Source of the DNA: a bacterium
Lineage (GTDB): Bacteria > UBA8248 > JACPRG01 > G963555815
Direction: 5' to 3'
Assembly (NCBI GenBank): GCA_965261595.1
Contig: CBDHDG010000004.1
Location: 672,001-736,000 of the forward strand
Length of the DNA stretch: 64,000 nt
Positions within the stretch are counted from its first letter, which is position 1. Each line of letters opens with the position of its first letter. The notes below the pieces were generated by a model. It saw nothing but the letters and a program-made list of their open reading frames with translations. It made no database searches and was not told where the DNA came from. Of this stretch, positions 59,031 to 64,000 are shown one piece after another. The translations under genes and the position numbers were made by a program.

Positions 59031-59639
59031 ATGACCCCAGATCCCTCTTTCCCCGCCTCCCGCCCCGCCCCGTCCGACGGCTTGACGAAGGTGCTCGTCG
59101 TCGCGGACTGCGAGAACAAGGAGAAGCTGCTCAGCAAGGTTCGCGCCTACCAGATGGTCGACCGAGGTGGGAAAGACGCCTCATCCGGCGGGTCTCCGCC
59201 CGGAGGGGGAGGGGTCGAGGTAAAAGACGGCCCTGACTTCACCTTGACCTTCTGTTCGGACGAACCCCCGCACCTGCTGGGCGACGGTAATTTTCCACAA
59301 CCCCTGTCCTACATCGCGGGCGGAATCGGAACGTGACTGTTGAGCAACTTGAAGCTGTGCGCTTCAAAAATGAATCTCCGCATCCAATCGGCCCGAGTCC
59401 GGGTGGAGATGGACTGCTTCCAGGGAGGGTCGGTCCTCCAGGGCACGGTGGTCAGCGGATGCAGCGAGGTCAGGTCGGACTTCGAACTCGAATCGGACGA
59501 GCCCGATGAAAAGCTCCGTCTCCTGATCCGGAACGCCAAGCGCGCCTGTTTCGCGGAAAACATGGTCCAGACGACCATTCCGCTCAGGAGCTCCGTGAAG
59601 CTCAACGGCAAGCCGATCGACGTTCCGCTGGACGACTGA
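59031..59639 (+). CDS. OsmC-like protein, predicted selenoprotein (U102)
   Basis: SDEP..L.G....P.PLSY..GGIGT-TGA-LLSNL..., second Cys in KRACFAE; one frame through TGA 59334-59336. Confidence 0.85.
59349..59367 (+). promoter_or_regulatory. Bacterial SECIS-like hairpin
   Basis: Stem TTGAAGC/GCTTCAA, loop TGTGC with GT, 19 nt between the TGA and the loop. Confidence 0.78.
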
Positions 59640-59673
59640 CCGGAACATCTCGCCAGCGGCTTGTACGAAGCGG

Positions 59674-61197
59674 ATGAAAAAAAGCGCCATGAGAAGCACA
59701 TCAAGCCATCCCGTTGACCCGGGGATTGCCGGCAGGCCATTCCCCGGCCCGCTCACGCTGGCGCTGACATCCGCCCTTCCATTGCTCTTCGCCTTCCCGA
59801 CGCCGCTCCATGCGCATGGAATTCAGGAGGTCCGGTATTCGCCCCCCATACCGGGCTGGCTCTTCCTGATCGGCGGGGGCCTCGTCGTCGCCCTCTCCTT
59901 CGTCTTCATCATCCTTCGCCCGGACCGGGGGGCGGGCTCACCCGGATACAGCCGCCGGGAAATCCCCGCCGGCCGGGGCGCCCGGTCCTCGGGCCGCCTG
60001 CTCTCGGGGGCCGGTCTCCTCCTGGCCGCCCTTATTCTGGCCGGCGGATTCATCGGCGACACGCGGTCCGAGGACTCGCTCCCGCCCGTTCTGGTCTGGA
60101 CCGGCTGGTGGATGGGGCTGACTTGGCTGACGCTGGTCATCGGCAACGCCTGGCCTGCGCTCGACCCGTGGAACACGGTGCGCCGCTTCTTTGGACGGCG
60201 GATGCGCCGCCCCTTGTCCCTGGGCCTCCCCTACCCCGCCTGGCTGTCGGCCTGGCCGGCCGTACTCCTGCTTCTCGGATTCGTCTGGTTCGAGCTGGCC
60301 TGGTTTCAGGCCCGGGGCGGCGGCGGCGTCGTCAACTATTTCCTGCTCTTCACGGCCTGGCTCTGGGCGGGGATGGCCGTCTTCGATCCCGAAAGCTGGT
60401 GGAAGAACGCCAACCCGTATACGCGATTCTTCCAGGTCCTGGGCAAATTCAGTCCGCTTGAAAAACGCGGGGACCGCATCGAAGTCCGCATACCGGGAAC
60501 GGCCCTGCAGGCAAGCCGGCTGGGACACGCCTCGGAGGCGGTTTTCGTCATCGTCGTCCTGTTCGCGGTGACCTTCGACGGTTTTGTCGCCACCCCGGAA
60601 TGGTGGGTCATCCTTCGGCGGATGATGCTCAAGGCCTTCGGAATCCTCCCCAGGAGCCTGGCGTTTCACGCCTCGTTCCTCTTTGCGATCCTGGCGGGGG
60701 CGGTCCTGTTCTCCGCCGCGTATTTCACGGTCTGCGGCGTCATGAGCAGGCTGTCGCGCGGCAAGCGGAGGACGGCGGAGGTCGCCGGCGAGTTCGCCAT
60801 GACCCTCATCCCGATTGCGGCGGCCTATCACATCGCCCACTTCATTCCCGCCGTTCCGGGCCGGGTGACCCGTCTCGTCCAAGCGGTCTCGGATCCCTAC
60901 GGCTTGGGTTGGAACGTGTTCGGATGGCACGCGTTCAAATGGGACGTTCAATGGACCCCGGAAATCGCCGGGGTCATCTGGGTGATCCAAACGGCCCTCA
61001 TCGTCCTGGGGCACATCGCCTCCATCTGGTCTTCCCACCGGAAGGCTTTGGCGATTTTCAAGGAGAAATCAATGGCGGCGAAGGTCGAGCTGCCCATGGC
61101 CCTTTTGATGATCTGCTACACGGTCATCAGCCTGTGGATCATCTCTCGACCCGTCCTGAATGGACCCCTGGTCCCGCTTCCGGGGATCACGCCATAA
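59674..61197 (+). CDS. Polytopic membrane protein of unknown function
   Basis: ~11 hydrophobic segments; AHG N-terminus, GN.W..L.PW, YHIAH, SDP.G.GW, GHI motifs. Confidence 0.75.
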   Translation: MKKSAMRSTSSHPVDPGIAGRPFPGPLTLALTSALPLLFAFPTPLHAHGIQEVRYSPPIPGWLFLIGGGLVVALSFVFIILRPDRGAGSPGYSRREIPAGRGARSSGRLLSGAGLLLAALILAGGFIGDTRSEDSLPPVLVWTGWWMGLTWLTLVIGNAWPALDPWNTVRRFFGRRMRRPLSLGLPYPAWLSAWPAVLLLLGFVWFELAWFQARGGGGVVNYFLLFTAWLWAGMAVFDPESWWKNANPYTRFFQVLGKFSPLEKRGDRIEVRIPGTALQASRLGHASEAVFVIVVLFAVTFDGFVATPEWWVILRRMMLKAFGILPRSLAFHASFLFAILAGAVLFSAAYFTVCGVMSRLSRGKRRTAEVAGEFAMTLIPIAAAYHIAHFIPAVPGRVTRLVQAVSDPYGLGWNVFGWHAFKWDVQWTPEIAGVIWVIQTALIVLGHIASIWSSHRKALAIFKEKSMAAKVELPMALLMICYTVISLWIISRPVLNGPLVPLPGITP

Positions 61198-61542
61198 CAG
61201 GCTACTGAGGCACTGGCGGGCAAGATGCCCGCCCTACCTGCGTTTAAATACATCGGCTTTCCACCGTTCGGCCGGCCGGGCATCCTGCCCGGCCGGAAAG
61301 GGTAATCCTCACGCGAATCAACGCAATGAAGCACGCGGCAACCCCGGAAGGTTTCCATCAGGCACGGAACAGATTGGGGAAAGGCGTTTCGGACGGGAGC
61401 CCCTTGGCGGACTCAGCCCAGCGGGGCGTCCTTGGACAGCAGGGCGTGGATGCCCTTGTTCCCCTCCGAGAGGCGCCGGCGAACGGGGAAGGGAATCTCC
61501 CCCCCCTCCCCCGTCCGCCGTCCTTGTTTTGATCGGGACCGG

Positions 61543-62991
61543 CTACCTGCCTACAAACGAATTGGTGTGCGGGGGCTGACCCGGGTTCACATTCCCCTTG
61601 CGATGCAGCTTCAAGGCCCTCGCCTGAATCTTCTCCAGCCCCTGTTCCACCGTTTGCCGGCCGGCGGCGGCCTCGGTGATCTGGATGGTGATCTCCTCCC
61701 GAAGCTGGATGTAATTCGAGAACCCGGGGTCGATCCAGCCGTGCTTCATGGAGATCAAGGCCGGCCCGTAGACCGGGTGCCCCTTGACAAACGGAATCTC
61801 CAGGGAGGATTTCCGCACGAGGAGTCCGTGTCCCGGCCCTTCGATCCACTTCTTCTGGATTCTCTTTGAGGCAAGCCACTGATGAAGAGATAGGACGCCG
61901 CCCGGTTCTTGCTGTACTTGCTGATCACCAGCGGCTCGGCCTCTCCGAAGCCGCCCGGGGGCATGTCCGCCTTCCGGGAGGGCAGCGGCGCAAAGCTGTA
62001 TTCCCCGTCGGCCTTGGAAAACTTGGGGTCGTCGAAAACGAAGGCGAAGGGCACGCTCCACTGAATGGCCTGGGCGATGTTTCTCTTCGTCATCAGGACG
62101 AACAGGTCGATGAAGCCGGCCTCGGTGACGCCGGGAGGCGCAAATTTTCGCAGGCCCAGCCACCAATTCGTGGCGTCGGCGATCGCCCTCGTTGTGAACG
62201 TGGGTCTACCTTCCTTGTCGAAAACCGACGCACCCCAACCCTTCAAGATGTTGAACCACTCCCACGACAGAGAGGGCTCCCGTTTGCCCACCACGCCGAC
62301 GCCGTAGAAATTGGTCTTCAGGACTTTGCCCGCCAGCTTCTCGCCCTTTTTCCGGGTGAGGAACTCGGCGATGTCCCGGTACTGCTTGAATGTTCTGGCC
62401 GGGCCCAGGTCGTAGCCGTACCTCTTCTTGAAGGCGGCCCGCTCCCCGGAGTGATTCATGAGGTCTTTGCGGAACCAGTAGACCATCTGGTAGTTGAACG
62501 TCGGAAGACAGGTCCGTTTTCCGCCGTTGAAAAGGCAGTAATCATCCCACAGGGGCTGGAGGAAATCGTCCGGATCCAGGTCCGGGTCCCGGAGCTTCGG
62601 GTCGTTCATGTACTTGTTGATCCATTCTACGTGCCCGTTGCCCACCCAGTCCTCGGCGCGGTTGTGGTGCATCATCACCAGGTCGAAGTAGCCGGTCCGC
62701 GAGTAAAGGTCGGCGTCTCCCTTCGCGTCCCACTCCGAGTGGGTGAATTTCTCCACCTTCACCTTGATCCCCGTTCGGGGCGTAAAGTCGTTCTTGATGA
62801 GCGGAAAAATGCCCCCCACAACGGGGACGAACGCTCACGCCCACCTTGAGGGTCGCCCCCCGGTAGGGTTTGGCCGCCTCTTCCAGGGTCCATCCCCAAG
62901 AAGGACCGGCCAGGACCAGCCCCAGAAAGGCCGTCAAACCCCAAACGACAAAATATCGCATGATTCGAAACGTCCTCTCTTGCCCCTTCAT
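61543..62991 (-). CDS. Sugar-type ABC substrate-binding protein (frameshifts near 62835 and 61885)
   Basis: WTLEEAAKPYRG.TL, TGIKV, YFDLV, RKDL, LVISKYSKN spread over three frames. Confidence 0.72.
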
Positions 62992-63091
62992 CCTCACTCC
63001 CTCCTCGATGAGCTGAGCTCCGCGGCACCTCAAACGCGGCGGGCGCTCAAGGGGGAACGCCGTTCCCGATCCTTCGACCGCTGAACAGGTC

Positions 63092-64000
63092 TTACGACGG
63101 CAGAACCGCCTTGTCCAACATGGCGTGGATGCCTTTGTTGCCGTCCACAAGCTGGGTGACCCGAAGGTCCGCCGCAAGGCTGCAAAGGGTGTAGGCGTCC
63201 TCGGGCGACAGCCCGGCGACTTCGCCCACGAGGGCGATCATCTCCCGCAGGGCCTGCTTGGCCGCGTCGTCCAGATCCTCGTTCATCCCCATCGTGATGT
63301 AGTGGGTGGGCGATTCAGCGCGCGGGAATTTCAGGGAAAGGTCTTTGCGGACGACGAGATCGAACGTCCCCGACAGGCTTGCCTCGATGGCCGTCAGGCA
63401 GACTTCCCCGTCCCCCTGAACGGCGTGGCCGTCCCCCGCCGAGAACAGGGCCCCCTCGTTCCAGACGGGCAGGTACAGGGTCGTCCCCGCCACAAGCTCC
63501 TTGTTGTCCATGTTCCCCCCGAACTCCCTGGGCGTATTCGAGGGGATCCGGCCGTAGACGGACGGCGGCGCGACGCCCATGATTCCGAAAAAGGGGCTGA
63601 GGGGAATCGAGCCTCCCCAGGGGGGACGGGCGGTCATGGCCTTGCGATCGAGGGGGATGTGGACCCGCCGGACCAGCGGGAAATCCTCGGGCAGCGTTCC
63701 CAGGAGGGGCAGGATGAGATTCCAGCCCCAGTCCTCCCGCAACGCGCAGTCGAGAATTCGGACCTCAAGGGTGTCGCCCGGCTCGGCGCCGTTAACCCAA
63801 ACGGGTCCCGTCATGAAGTGGGGGCCGATCCCGCGATCGGCCTTGGCATGAATCTCCAGGAGCTCCGGAAGGACGTCGAACCCCTCGGGCGGCAGGTCGT
63901 CGGGCTCAGCCGTGACGGCGTGAATCGTGACCCGGTCGCCCGAATCCACCTTAAGGGCCGGGGGCAACGACGCGTCAAAATATCCCCAGTGAACCGTTTC
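63092..64000 (-). CDS. Acetamidase/formamidase-family protein (5' end beyond window)
   Basis: VHWGYFD, HFMTGPV, AEPGD.LEV, GGNMDNKEL, GDGHAVQGDGEVC.TAIE. Confidence 0.92.
   Translation of the reverse strand, partial: ETVHWGYFDASLPPALKVDSGDRVTIHAVTAEPDDLPPEGFDVLPELLEIHAKADRGIGPHFMTGPVWVNGAEPGDTLEVRILDCALREDWGWNLILPLLGTLPEDFPLVRRVHIPLDRKAMTARPPWGGSIPLSPFFGIMGVAPPSVYGRIPSNTPREFGGNMDNKELVAGTTLYLPVWNEGALFSAGDGHAVQGDGEVCLTAIEASLSGTFDLVVRKDLSLKFPRAESPTHYITMGMNEDLDDAAKQALREMIALVGEVAGLSPEDAYTLCSLAADLRVTQLVDGNKGIHAMLDKAVLPS

Overview
GC-rich bacterial chromosomal window, densely coded and rich in redox and catabolic genes: TRAP subunits, an Lhr helicase, larEBC, gdhA, three molybdenum-hydroxylase large subunits, UbiD, an LLM oxidoreductase, two PPOX proteins, a MazF-type TA pair and tRNA-Leu(TAA). 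Scattered frameshifts suggest long-read assembly errors. The standout region is a periplasmic locus at ~19.3-28.4 kb. It contains three secreted proteins carrying a (K)K(A/G)NPCNPCAA CxxC repeat, a TlpA thioredoxin, an FGE-sulfatase-domain protein, a cupredoxin-like protein, a beta-propeller, and di- and penta-heme cytochromes c. One repeat protein is a SoxA/TsdA-like monoheme cytochrome whose expected axial-ligand Cys is an in-frame TGA followed by a bacterial SECIS-like hairpin, i.e. a candidate His/selenocysteine-ligated heme protein. A second TGA plus SECIS-like hairpin in an OsmC-like gene supports Sec decoding in this genome. Two insertions can be reconstructed exactly: a two-IS1380 unit (TCGA duplication) cutting off the lhr 3' end, and an IS3 element (ACAG duplication) splitting the smallest NPC-repeat gene. 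All family calls are from motif recognition by eye; no searches were run.
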